Source: Syntrophorhabdaceae bacterium
Lineage (GTDB): Bacteria > Desulfobacterota > Syntrophorhabdia > Syntrophorhabdales > Syntrophorhabdaceae
Reading direction: 5' to 3'
Length of the DNA: 64,000 bases
NCBI GenBank assembly: GCA_963665295.1
Contig: OY762209.1
Span: forward strand, 1,920,001-1,984,000
Part shown: one piece after another, positions 27,136-36,310 of the stretch
Numbering within the stretch: the first letter of the stretch is position 1
Layout: each line of letters opens with the position of its first letter
Program-made: the position numbers and the translations under genes
Notes under the pieces: model-generated
What the model was told of the DNA's origin: nothing
Seen by the model: the letters and a program-made list of their open reading frames with translations, nothing else
Databases searched by the model: none

Positions 27136-29356
27136 CAAGAGTTCTCCTTTCAGGTAAAACAATCTCTATGCATGTCTTCCACGGCAAGTCGATGTCAATG
27201 AATCTTGCCTTTCCGGCATAGAGTTCCAGTATGTCCCGCACGACAGTAAGTCCGAGGCCCGTGCCGATGCCCAGCACTGGATTCGGGAGGCTCGTGGTCA
27301 CAAATGGTTTAAATGACGATTCTCGGTGAACTGGGTCAAGACCTACCCCTGTATCCTTCATTCGTATGCTGAGAATGCCATCCTTTCTATCCGCCTCTAC
27401 TGCAATGGACCGCTCGGTCCGCCCATGAACCGCCTTGAGTGCATTCGACAGGATATTGATCAGTACTGCGTAAAGCTCTGACAAGTATATGGGAGGCGTA
27501 TGTAAGCTAGGTGGGACATTATTCTCGAAATCCACGTGGTTCTTCACCATATAGTACGACATGGCCTTCTTCACGTTTTCAACGACGGCACGCAACACCT
27601 GTCGTTTGCGGCTCTTGCGACTTTCAGGAGAAAGTAAGAATCCCAACTGTGAAACCTGCAACTTAACCATTTGATGCCAGTCTGAAACTCGTTCAATGAT
27701 GTCATCATATCTCTCGTGGACAGCCTCCGGTATTTCGGACCGCAGGTGAACTAGCTCGCCTTGCGTCTCTAAGACCGCCCCGAGCAAAGCCTGCAACTGA
27801 TGATTCATAATGATTATGGTTGTCCCAGCCGACGCGAGGATTCGCAACATGGATATCTCGCTAATATGTTCTTCCTCCTGCATGCGTGCTTGTTGAGCGG
27901 CTTTCTCCATGATTTCGATGATGGCCTTACGACTCAACTCATTGACGTTAGGCAATTCTTGAAGTGCCGCTTGCGCATATCCAATAATCTCAGCAACAGT
28001 TTGTGGTTTCCGTAGCTTGGCACTTTCCTTTTGCGAGGCCACAAACGCGGCATATTTCAGAGTCATCCAGTACATACCATTTTGAACAAAACGGCGAAGA
28101 AGAGTCACTGTGGGGGTCTCAATGAGTCGTTCTCGGCTGATGTTTGTGCCGACAGCCGTATGTTTCAACTGGGACAGTGCAACCGCCCCGAATACCTGTT
28201 GATTCTTCGGTATAAATAGAAAGGGACGACCCGATAGCCTTTTGGCGAACTCCCTTAAAGGCTTGGCCGGAGAAATATCTTTTGCGATATCAATGTTTTT
28301 TGCGGCATACCAGTCGAGTCGTAGCCAGTCGTCGCCTTCATCCCCATAAGGAAAAACTCGGAAACCGTCAAGATAGATTCTTACTCCGCCAGATGAGCGC
28401 CCTTTTCTCTGAGCTTCTCGTACTGTAAAAACGGAATCTTTAAAATAGTCTGAGGAGTAGACCATGAAGTAGACTCTAAAGCTTGCACCTTCGAGACCTT
28501 TATATCTATTTTCGTGATCTACGAAAGTCTCACTTTCATCAGTCCTCAAAAGGGTGATGTCATAGCGTGCCTCCCCAGTCGCATCAATCGTTCCATCTAG
28601 TTTAGCCCATGCTGCATTGAAAAACCTCTCTTCCAGTCCGCTCGAAAACTCATCTATCTCGTGCGAGCCCTCCACGACTAGCTTGAAAGCGAATCCTGGA
28701 TCCGCGACGGCTCCTTCATCTCCTTGACTCGTAGGCTTAGTTATTAAATCGGGAAATGGGGTCTGTAAGCCTAACAGGTCACGTTGAAGATCATTTATTT
28801 CCCCAATGGTCCAGGCGTCGCGCGCCTTTTCGATAAATAATAAAACACCTGTCTGCCTTTGCTCCGGCACATCCTGCCTGGAATAGGACACCGGCGTGTC
28901 CGACAAATCCTGACCCGGAAGAAACTGCTTCTCCCAATCAAACTCCACTGTAACCTTTTCTTTTTGGCCGTCGGCTGTCCTCGCCACCGATTCCATTGTA
29001 AGCCTACCGCCTAATCGTCTTGCGGCGAATCTCCCTATCCCCTTTGCGCCAGTTAACGATCTACGACAGTGCCTTGATACAGGATTCCTTGTCTTTGCGT
29101 CAGTAGCTATACGCATCCAATTGTCCTGTATTTCCTGAAACGTCATGCCATGGCCGTCATCTTCCACAATAATAGTCCCACCGAGTCGGCCTATATTATT
29201 AAGAGTGACGCGAACTGTTGTTGCATCTGCGTCGTATGCGTTTTTCACAAGTTCGGCCAAGGCGATAGAAGGCTTTGTGACTAACTGTTCGCCAAGTTGA
29301 AAAAGTAGACTACTATCGATTGAAAATCTGAAGCTGCCCTTACTCGCGTTTTCCAT
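27125..29356 (-). CDS. GHKL (HSP90/MORC-like) ATPase fused to a histidine kinase
   Basis: N-terminus: ELVKNAYDA, DDGHGM, GAKGIGRFA. C-terminus: H-box MNHQL, N-box NILSNA, DTGVG, FKPFVTT, GTGLGL. No TM segment. Confidence 0.9.
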   Translation of the reverse strand: MENASKGSFRFSIDSSLLFQLGEQLVTKPSIALAELVKNAYDADATTVRVTLNNIGRLGGTIIVEDDGHGMTFQEIQDNWMRIATDAKTRNPVSRHCRRSLTGAKGIGRFAARRLGGRLTMESVARTADGQKEKVTVEFDWEKQFLPGQDLSDTPVSYSRQDVPEQRQTGVLLFIEKARDAWTIGEINDLQRDLLGLQTPFPDLITKPTSQGDEGAVADPGFAFKLVVEGSHEIDEFSSGLEERFFNAAWAKLDGTIDATGEARYDITLLRTDESETFVDHENRYKGLEGASFRVYFMVYSSDYFKDSVFTVREAQRKGRSSGGVRIYLDGFRVFPYGDEGDDWLRLDWYAAKNIDIAKDISPAKPLREFAKRLSGRPFLFIPKNQQVFGAVALSQLKHTAVGTNISRERLIETPTVTLLRRFVQNGMYWMTLKYAAFVASQKESAKLRKPQTVAEIIGYAQAALQELPNVNELSRKAIIEIMEKAAQQARMQEEEHISEISMLRILASAGTTIIIMNHQLQALLGAVLETQGELVHLRSEIPEAVHERYDDIIERVSDWHQMVKLQVSQLGFLLSPESRKSRKRQVLRAVVENVKKAMSYYMVKNHVDFENNVPPSLHTPPIYLSELYAVLINILSNALKAVHGRTERSIAVEADRKDGILSIRMKDTGVGLDPVHRESSFKPFVTTSLPNPVLGIGTGLGLTVVRDILELYAGKARFIDIDLPWKTCIEIVLPERRTLDGI

Positions 29357-29432
29357 GATATATCAGCCGCCGTTCACCGTGTCTAGGCCTCCAATGAGAC
29401 GCATTTAACCAGCGTTTCGCTATCTTTGTTTG

Positions 29433-29461
29433 ATTATCGTGTAATTCAAACTGATTTGCAA
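29433..29461 (-). promoter_or_regulatory. sigma70-type promoter of the kinase operon
   Basis: Minus strand TTGCAA, 17 nt, GATAAT. Confidence 0.45.
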
Positions 29462-29616
29462 GCAGAAATCTTAATTCTCCCGGGCGAAGCCGGAGAATGA
29501 GACGTTAGTGCGCTATCTCAAAGAAGTTTTGCCATGTTGTATCCTCCATGGCTTGATCATAAAGCAAGTGTTTGCAGCCCTCAGTCCCGATTTGGCGGGA
29601 GAGGTGGCCGATAGCT

Positions 29617-29679
29617 TAATTGTAAAGCCTTTACTGAGATATCACTTTTGTGGCGCAGGCCCCTGAGGTACTACACTAG
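29617..29679. mobile_element. Degenerate IS630-like terminal remnants
   Basis: taattgtaaagc (29617-29628) is the reverse complement of 49524-49535. ctgaggtactacactag (29663-29679) is 15/17 identical to the IS630 right end at 50626-50642. Confidence 0.5.
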
Positions 29680-29905
29680 CGAGCCTCAACCACCCCTTCC
29701 ACTTTGTTTGATGCACTGCGATTTCAGTTCGTAATAATATCGGTGTGATGTCGCAAAGGGTGATAGTCATGCAGGACGGGACTGGCGTTTGTCCTCGAAT
29801 TGAGTTGTCCTGAGGAAAAAGCCACATAACGACTTCGAAAAAGTCAAACTATCCCAGCTTGTCATGAACCCATTATCTCGCAAACCCTTCGCGAATGATT
29901 ACCGC

Positions 29906-30481
29906 CTACCTTCTCCCTTCAAGCTCTTCCCAGAATTTTGATTCTGTTTCTATCAGCCTTTCTATGTAGCCGTCGTCGCGGTCTATGGGGAGGTGGATTT
30001 CGGGGCGGCCGGGGAGGTAGCACCAGAAATCTATTCGGGAGAGGCCTGTGACGGCGAGGATGTGCTGGAGTTGCCCTATGTAGTATCCGGGGGGGCGGCC
30101 CTTGTTTGTGGCGTGCTTGTACGCGCTCGTACCGCACTTTATTTCGATTACCGTGTTGCCGTCGTGGGCGAGGCCGTCGAGGCTCGCTCTCATCCAGTCA
30201 ATCTCTTTGCTTTCGAGGCATACGGGCCGGACCTTGATCCCGGTGAACCGCTCGTAACGGCTCCTTGCCTCGGGCTCCAGTTGAGTGCCGCGGCGCATGG
30301 CCTCATTCATCCTGACTTTTGACTCGTTGAGTTTCTCTTTGAGGAGCCACTCACGGCTCTTCCAGGGGTTTTCGTCCATGATGGCAGGGGCGTCCGAGGC
30401 GCCGATGCCCCGGCTTCTCCAGGCATGCCATTCCGGGCTCCCCTGGTCGAGGTCAACGATCTTATATGGGTATTCTACCAT
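29906..30481 (-). CDS. YqaJ / lambda-exonuclease family protein
   Basis: QGSPEW..WR..GIGASD, G..LEP.AR, ASLDG, EIKC and YIGQLQH motifs. Confidence 0.92.
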   Translation of the reverse strand: MVEYPYKIVDLDQGSPEWHAWRSRGIGASDAPAIMDENPWKSREWLLKEKLNESKVRMNEAMRRGTQLEPEARSRYERFTGIKVRPVCLESKEIDWMRASLDGLAHDGNTVIEIKCGTSAYKHATNKGRPPGYYIGQLQHILAVTGLSRIDFWCYLPGRPEIHLPIDRDDGYIERLIETESKFWEELEGRR

Positions 30482-30535
30482 TGCGATTTTAGTTCAGGTC
30501 TGCATCCGATAATATCAGGGACGGCATCCACCTCA

Positions 30536-30564
30536 ATACTATGCTTACCGAAGATTTTTGTCAA
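30536..30564 (-). promoter_or_regulatory. sigma70-type promoter of the YqaJ gene
   Basis: Minus strand TTGACA, 17 nt, TAGTAT. Confidence 0.5.
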
Positions 30565-30657
30565 TTAAAACATGAAGATGATAGGCCGGTGAAACCGGCG
30601 GCGCGGGATGGACGGTGAGAGCCCGGCACGGGTCGGCACGGACGGACCGGCGTGGTC

Positions 30658-30939
30658 CTATCCGAACCGGTGGCTTACCCCGTAGCCGCCGGTGGGGAAG
30701 CGCCACTCAATGTTGAGGTGGGGGCAGCCTATGCGGCAGGAGCCGCACTCCAGACAGCCTTCGTAGGCCACCACTATCCTGTCTTTTTCCAGGCGATACA
30801 CGTTGGCGGGGCAGAAGTAGAGGCAGGGCTGGTCTTCGCACCTGGTGAGACAGGTCTCACGGTCGATGATCTTTATATGGGGCGTTTCGTCTACCCGGAA
30901 ACGGTCGAGAAACAGCTTGTCTTCCACTTTTACTGTCAT
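30658..30939 (-). CDS. fixX: FixX ferredoxin-like protein
   Basis: CPANVY, CLECGSCRIGC and WRFPTGGYGV..RFG. ATGA overlap with fixC. Confidence 0.9.
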   Translation of the reverse strand: MTVKVEDKLFLDRFRVDETPHIKIIDRETCLTRCEDQPCLYFCPANVYRLEKDRIVVAYEGCLECGSCRIGCPHLNIEWRFPTGGYGVSHRFG

Positions 30940-32243
30940 TTCACGCTCCTTAGTCCGTCCCACAGCAGTTTCAGTATCTTCAAAGGGGAGATTTGCTTCC
31001 GTATTTTCAGCCATATGGCGTGTTGCTTCTCCTTCTTGGCTACGCCGTCCACAGTGAGCATCTCCCTTGCGGCAAAGGCCCCCAGTTCGGGGAGAGTGGT
31101 GAATATCTCGTGATGGTGAAAACGAAACCCGTTGAACCGTCTATACTTTTTGAGGTCCTTTGTGATATAGGACTCCTGAAGCCTCAACCCGTAACCCTCG
31201 AGGCCCCGGGCACTCAAATCGCCCTTTGCGAAGGCTTCCATAACGGCTTCCGCGGCAAACCGGCCCGAGGTCATGGCCATGTTCGAGCCTTCCCGATGGA
31301 GGGCGTTGAAGAGCATGCCCGAATCACCGGTGATAAGGTATCCGTCTCCCGAAAGCCGGGGGATGGCGTCGTAGCCGCCCTCGGCGATCCAGTGGGCCAT
31401 GTACTCCTTCGGCTTACCTCCCCGGATCAGGGGGGCGACCATGGGATGGTTCTTGAAGGCTTCCACCATTTCGTAAGGTTTTACCTTTCTTTCCGCGAAG
31501 TCGGAGAGGTTCGCCCCGATGCAGAGGGAGAGGGAGTTCTTGTTGGTGTAAATGACCGCGATGCCGTCCATGCCCTCGGTGACGGACCCGATGATCTCGG
31601 TGGTCACGCCCTGGGATGTGTCCACGTTGAACCTCTCATTGATGGTCTCCTCGGAGAGTTCGATCACCTCTTTCACCGCGAGGGCCACGTCCCGGGATTT
31701 CGGCTCGGGCCGGAAGCCCGTCCTGGCGGCGAGGGCGGAGTTGATGCCGTCGGCGAGGATCACGACCTTGGCCTGCACGTCCCCGTCGGGCCTGTCGGTC
31801 CTGACCCCTGTGACGGCGCCGCCCGCCCCATGGCGGAGCAAGTCCGTGACCACTGTGCCGGTGACTACGAGGGCGCCTTTTTCCCTGGCCCTTGCGGCAA
31901 ACCATCGGTCGAATTTTGCCCGTCCCACGGTAAATGCGTTGAGGGAGAGGGCGTCGTAGAAGGCCTTGTCCCTGAAGGCGACGCTGAAACCTCCGCCTTC
32001 CGAGAGCCACCAGAGTCTGGTCTCCACGATATTACGCTCGATGGGGCAATCCCGCTTCGCGAAATCGGGGATGATCTTTGCGAGGTCATGTCCGTAGAGG
32101 ACGCCACCGGAAATATTCTTTGCCCCCGCATATTCCCCCCGCTCAAAGACGATGGTCTTTATGCCCCTTTCCGCGAGAATATACGCTGCGGAGATACCCG
32201 CGGGACCGGCGCCGACGATTGCCACATCGAATACTTCATCCAT
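30936..32243 (-). CDS. fixC: FixC ETF:quinone oxidoreductase flavoprotein
   Basis: VGAGPAG, ERGEYAGAKNISGG, RAKFDRWF, ADGINS and EGSNMAMTSG motifs. Confidence 0.92.
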   Translation of the reverse strand: MDEVFDVAIVGAGPAGISAAYILAERGIKTIVFERGEYAGAKNISGGVLYGHDLAKIIPDFAKRDCPIERNIVETRLWWLSEGGGFSVAFRDKAFYDALSLNAFTVGRAKFDRWFAARAREKGALVVTGTVVTDLLRHGAGGAVTGVRTDRPDGDVQAKVVILADGINSALAARTGFRPEPKSRDVALAVKEVIELSEETINERFNVDTSQGVTTEIIGSVTEGMDGIAVIYTNKNSLSLCIGANLSDFAERKVKPYEMVEAFKNHPMVAPLIRGGKPKEYMAHWIAEGGYDAIPRLSGDGYLITGDSGMLFNALHREGSNMAMTSGRFAAEAVMEAFAKGDLSARGLEGYGLRLQESYITKDLKKYRRFNGFRFHHHEIFTTLPELGAFAAREMLTVDGVAKKEKQHAIWLKIRKQISPLKILKLLWDGLRSVK

Positions 32244-32254
32244 AAGTAACCCTT

Positions 32255-33511
32255 TCAGTCCCTTTTTGCCCTTTTTTTAAGCTCCTCTATAAGGAGGGGC
32301 GTCACCACCTTGTAATCCCCCACTATGCCTGCCGTGGCCACATTGAAGATGGGGGCGTGGGGATCGGAGTTGATGGCGATGATCTTCTCAGAGCCTTGCA
32401 TCCCCACGAGATGCTGGACCGCCCCGGACACCCCTATGGCGAAATAGAGCTTGGGCGCCACAGTCTTCCCTGTCTGGCCCACCTGCCGCTCATAGGGCAT
32501 GAGACCCGCTTCCACCACGGGCCTGGAGCAGGCGACCACGCCGCCCACGAGATCCGCGAGGCTCTGGAGCATGGCCATCGATTCCGGGTCGCACGCCCCT
32601 TTCCCTGCAACCACTAATGCGGGGTAGCGCGTAATGTCGAGGGCCCCTTTGGCCGCCTCATCCCTTATAAACTCTATGATTTCCGGCAACCCGCCTTCGG
32701 GCGGTTCGAAGGGGCAGGAATAGGTTTCCCCTTTTTTCGTATCATCCTTCGGAGGGAGTTTGAAGACCTTGGGCCTTACCGTGCTCATCTGGGGCCTGTG
32801 CCTCTCGCAGAAGATGGTGGCCATGATGTTGCCCCCGAAGGTGGGCCTTGTCATGAGGAGGAGCCTCTTTTCTTCGTCGATATCGAGGCCCGTGCAATCG
32901 GCGGTGAGACCCGTTTCGATCTCCGTGGCCACGATGCCCGCGAGGTCCCGGCCCTGGGGGGTTGCGCCTATGAGGAATATCTCGGGTTTTACCCGACGGC
33001 AAAGGTCGGAAAGTGCCTTGCCATAGGTCTTCGAAAGGTAGACCCCGAGCCCGGGGTCGTCGATCACATGGACCTCGTCACACCCATAGGCAATCGCCTC
33101 CGTAGCCACGCCGCCCACATGGTGGCCCGGAAGAAGGCCCGTTACCTTCGTATGGAGTTTTTCGGCCAGTTCCCGGGCTTTGCCCGCAAGCTCCCAGGAT
33201 ACGGTTGCGCCTTTGCCGTCCGCTACCTCGATATAGATGGCAACGCCTTGGTAGTCGGCATAAACGCCCTCCGGCGCAGCAGGTTTCGGGACCTTTTTCC
33301 CCTTCCCCCGCTTCCTTTCGAACTTTACCGACTCGACAGGACAGACATCGAAACACTTTCCGCACCCGACGCAGGCCTCGGGATCGATGAGGGCCGCCGA
33401 TCCCGACATGACGATTGCCCCTACGGGACATTCCGCCACGCAGATCTGGCACCCGATGCACTTGTCCGTGATGATCTCGGCGACTTCTATTCCCTTAAGG
33501 TTCTTGGCCAT
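32255..33511 (-). CDS. fixB: ETF alpha subunit (FixB) with an N-terminal 2x[4Fe-4S] domain
   Basis: Two CxxCxxCxxxCP motifs, then TGLTADC, TRPTFGG, QVGQTG and GVSGAVQH. Confidence 0.9.
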   Translation of the reverse strand: MAKNLKGIEVAEIITDKCIGCQICVAECPVGAIVMSGSAALIDPEACVGCGKCFDVCPVESVKFERKRGKGKKVPKPAAPEGVYADYQGVAIYIEVADGKGATVSWELAGKARELAEKLHTKVTGLLPGHHVGGVATEAIAYGCDEVHVIDDPGLGVYLSKTYGKALSDLCRRVKPEIFLIGATPQGRDLAGIVATEIETGLTADCTGLDIDEEKRLLLMTRPTFGGNIMATIFCERHRPQMSTVRPKVFKLPPKDDTKKGETYSCPFEPPEGGLPEIIEFIRDEAAKGALDITRYPALVVAGKGACDPESMAMLQSLADLVGGVVACSRPVVEAGLMPYERQVGQTGKTVAPKLYFAIGVSGAVQHLVGMQGSEKIIAINSDPHAPIFNVATAGIVGDYKVVTPLLIEELKKRAKRD

Positions 33512-33516
33512 AGGGC

Positions 33517-34350
33517 TCAACCCCCGTGTATGACAAGGTTGGAGGCAAAAGTTTCGTCGGCGAAAAGGGCGTCCACGCATCTGGAAACCGCCTCCGCGGC
33601 CCCTGTCGCCGCATCGAATACCGGACCTCCTTCCTTTACGGGGGGAGAAAATATCTTCCTTACCCAGGTGGGCGAACCCTTGAGGCCGAGCAATTGAATC
33701 TCGCCGTGAATCGAATCCGCCCCCCAGAGGGTGATCCCGGTCCGTTGGGAATGGATAAGCTGGGGCAAAGCCGCCCGCCTTGGCTTCGCGAGTTCCAGTT
33801 CCACGGTAAGGACTGCGGGGAGCGGACCGCGGATGATCTCGAAACCGCCCTCCACTCTCCGTTTCACCGTGATCCGGCGGTGTTCCTCATCGACTTCCCT
33901 GATCTCCGTGACATAGGTAAACTGGGTATATCCGAGGCGCGTGGCAATGCCCGGACCGACCTGGGCCGTGTCCCCGTCAATTGCCTGTTTTCCGCAGAAT
34001 ACCATATCCACCGGTGTTGCCGATGCCGCCTGGCGGATGGCCTGAGCGAGGGTATAGCTGGTGGCGAGGGTATCCGCCCCTGCAAAAGCCCGGTCGGTAA
34101 GGAGGATGCCCTCATCGGCCCCGAGGCCTATGGCCTCCCTCAAAGCATCCTCAGCCTGGGGAGGTCCCATGCTTATGACGGTGACTTTGCCGCCGTAGCG
34201 GTCCTTGAGGGCAAGGGCCGCCTCCAGGGCCACCATGTCGTAGGGGTTGGCGATGGACTCTACCCCTGAACGGATGAGGGTGTTCGTCTCCGGATCGATC
34301 TTGACTTCAGCCGTGTTGGGTACCTGCTTTATGCAGCAAATGAGGTTCAT
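33517..34350 (-). CDS. fixA: ETF beta subunit (FixA)
   Basis: CIKQVP, NPYD, AGADTLAT, GKQAIDGDTAQVGP and GLKGSPT motifs. Confidence 0.92.
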   Translation of the reverse strand: MNLICCIKQVPNTAEVKIDPETNTLIRSGVESIANPYDMVALEAALALKDRYGGKVTVISMGPPQAEDALREAIGLGADEGILLTDRAFAGADTLATSYTLAQAIRQAASATPVDMVFCGKQAIDGDTAQVGPGIATRLGYTQFTYVTEIREVDEEHRRITVKRRVEGGFEIIRGPLPAVLTVELELAKPRRAALPQLIHSQRTGITLWGADSIHGEIQLLGLKGSPTWVRKIFSPPVKEGGPVFDAATGAAEAVSRCVDALFADETFASNLVIHGG

Positions 34351-34478
34351 GGGCTCTCCCCGGTTCTATGGACCCGTCGTTTCTCCGGGGTTCCGCGACG
34401 GTCCCGGAAGGGAACGCGCCATGCCCCGTTATCATAAAGATAATGACGGAATAGCCCGATGACAACGAGGGAAGGGCG

Positions 34479-35255
34479 TCAGGAGGCGATATTCTTCCTC
34501 AGGGTTTTGAAGAAAGCGTGGGCTTCCTCGTAATCCTTCGCCTTTATCACATGCTTGAGGAATTCGAGGCGTGACGTGATCCGGTCGAGTTCCCTCAGGG
34601 AATGGGGGTTGAAGAGTATCTCGGAAAGGAGGTGGTCGTCCTCCGAGAGGAGGCCCTCGGCGATGGCCATGTGTTTCTTGAATGTGGTCCCCGGCACGGC
34701 CTTTGCGTCAAGGCAGGCGGCGAAGGTCAGGGAGGATACGAAGGGAATGGTGAGAGAATAAGCCATCATGCGGTCGTGTTCCTCAAAAGAGTACTCCACG
34801 AGGTTGAGACCGAACCCCGAGAAGAATGCCCTGAAGAAGTCCGCACCCCATTTGTCCGACTCCTTTATCACGACTGCGTGTTCTTCCTTTAACGCCGACA
34901 TGTCCGCGAAGGTGGGACCGAACATGGGGTGGATGGAGACGAACCTGAAAGGGCATGTCTCGTAGTAAGCCCGGACCTCCTGTTTCACCGATGTCATGTC
35001 GCAGAGTACGCAGTCCTTCGAAAGATATCCTTCCACATCCCGGAAGGTGCGCACCGTCTCCTCCAGGCTCACCGCGTTGATAAGCATCTCCGGCGCGAAT
35101 GCGCCCACTTCAGGCAGTCGGGTGAGGATTTCAACACCCTCGAGGCCTTCCGTTTTCTTCCTGTCTTCGTCGTACACCGCGACCCGGTTTCCCGCTGAAA
35201 GCCGCCCGGCAAACCATGCGCCCATGCGTCCCGTTCCCAATATGGCTATCTTCAT
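34479..35255 (-). CDS. tyrA: Prephenate/arogenate dehydrogenase
   Basis: ILGTGRMG, DMTSVK, HPMFGP and EHDRMMA. ATGA overlap with pheA. Confidence 0.9.
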   Translation of the reverse strand: MKIAILGTGRMGAWFAGRLSAGNRVAVYDEDRKKTEGLEGVEILTRLPEVGAFAPEMLINAVSLEETVRTFRDVEGYLSKDCVLCDMTSVKQEVRAYYETCPFRFVSIHPMFGPTFADMSALKEEHAVVIKESDKWGADFFRAFFSGFGLNLVEYSFEEHDRMMAYSLTIPFVSSLTFAACLDAKAVPGTTFKKHMAIAEGLLSEDDHLLSEILFNPHSLRELDRITSRLEFLKHVIKAKDYEEAHAFFKTLRKNIAS

Positions 35256-36310
35256 GCCCGTATCCCCCTGTAGCACCCCAGAAATCTGTAGGTCTTCGTT
35301 TTACGCCGGACGCTCTTCAGGGCGTCGATCACCACCTGGTCCTTGTGGGAGCCTTCGAAATCGAGGAAGAACCTGTAGTAGCCGAGTACGCTCCGAAGGG
35401 GTCTCGACTCTATGCGGGTGAGGTTTATCCCCGCGTCGGAGAATACCTTCATCACCGAGGAGAGGGAACCCGTTTCGTGGGCGATGGAGAATACTATGGA
35501 ACACTTGTCGCCCTCCTCCGCCGCTTCATGGGACGAGAGGATGATGAATCGCGTGGAATTCGATTCGTGGTCCCCGATATCTTCCTTGACGATGTTCAGA
35601 TGGTAAAGTTTGGCGCAGAGGGCGCTTGCGATCACTGCCGCCGATTGGGACCCCTCATGGGAGAGCATCTTCGCGGCGCCCGCAGTGTCGTAGAAGGGCC
35701 GGGCCTCGATCTTGTGGCGCGAAAGAAAACCGCGACACTGGGCAAGGGCCTGGGGATGGGAATAGATCACCTTCAGGTCCCTGTGGTTCGTTTCAGGCAG
35801 GGCGAGGAGGCAGTGATGGATGGGGAGCGTGATTTCCCCCACGATCTTCAGCTCCGTTTTTGCGAGGAGGTCGTTCACCTGGGTGACCGCCCCTTCGAGG
35901 GAATTCTCCACGGGCACGATGCCGAAGTCGAGCTGTCCCGCCGCGACCTCCGCGAATACCTCGGGAAACTCCCTGCACGGGATGGGCACTGCGGACGGGT
36001 CATAGGCAAGGGCGGCCGCTTCGCTGTATGCGCCGTGCTCGCCCTGGAAGCCGACCAGTTTGAGCCCCTCTTTCTGAAGACGGGTACTCTCGTGTATGAT
36101 CCTGCGGTACAGGTCTTCGCAAAAGTCCGCGCCCGCTATGCCCGAGGCTGAGGCGCGCACGTTTTCTATCACCTTTTTCTCTCTTTCCGGCTCATAGACA
36201 TTATCCTTCAGCCTCCCGACCCGGAGACAGAGCTCCATCCGTTGCTTCAGAAGGGCCACAAGGTCATAATCGATGCCGTCGATCTTTTTCCGTGCTTTAT
36301 CGAGGTCCAT
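35252..36310 (-). CDS. pheA: Chorismate mutase / prephenate dehydratase
   Basis: N-terminal AroQ domain, QGEHGAYSE, VPVENSLEG, SHPQALAQC, N.TRF and ACT domain NLTRIESRP. Confidence 0.95.
   Translation of the reverse strand: MDLDKARKKIDGIDYDLVALLKQRMELCLRVGRLKDNVYEPEREKKVIENVRASASGIAGADFCEDLYRRIIHESTRLQKEGLKLVGFQGEHGAYSEAAALAYDPSAVPIPCREFPEVFAEVAAGQLDFGIVPVENSLEGAVTQVNDLLAKTELKIVGEITLPIHHCLLALPETNHRDLKVIYSHPQALAQCRGFLSRHKIEARPFYDTAGAAKMLSHEGSQSAAVIASALCAKLYHLNIVKEDIGDHESNSTRFIILSSHEAAEEGDKCSIVFSIAHETGSLSSVMKVFSDAGINLTRIESRPLRSVLGYYRFFLDFEGSHKDQVVIDALKSVRRKTKTYRFLGCYRGIRA

Larger units (their letters stand above)
23345..29900. mobile_element. AT-richer, probably horizontally acquired island (candidate defence locus); boundaries approximate
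   Basis: Visible drop in GC and loss of the host's GC-ending codon bias. Flanked by an inverted-repeat element on the left and IS630-end remnants on the right. Confidence 0.65.

Noticed and set aside
30993..32249. 418-aa plus-strand ORF
   Set aside because: Antisense shadow of fixC with no motifs, as expected in GC-rich DNA.
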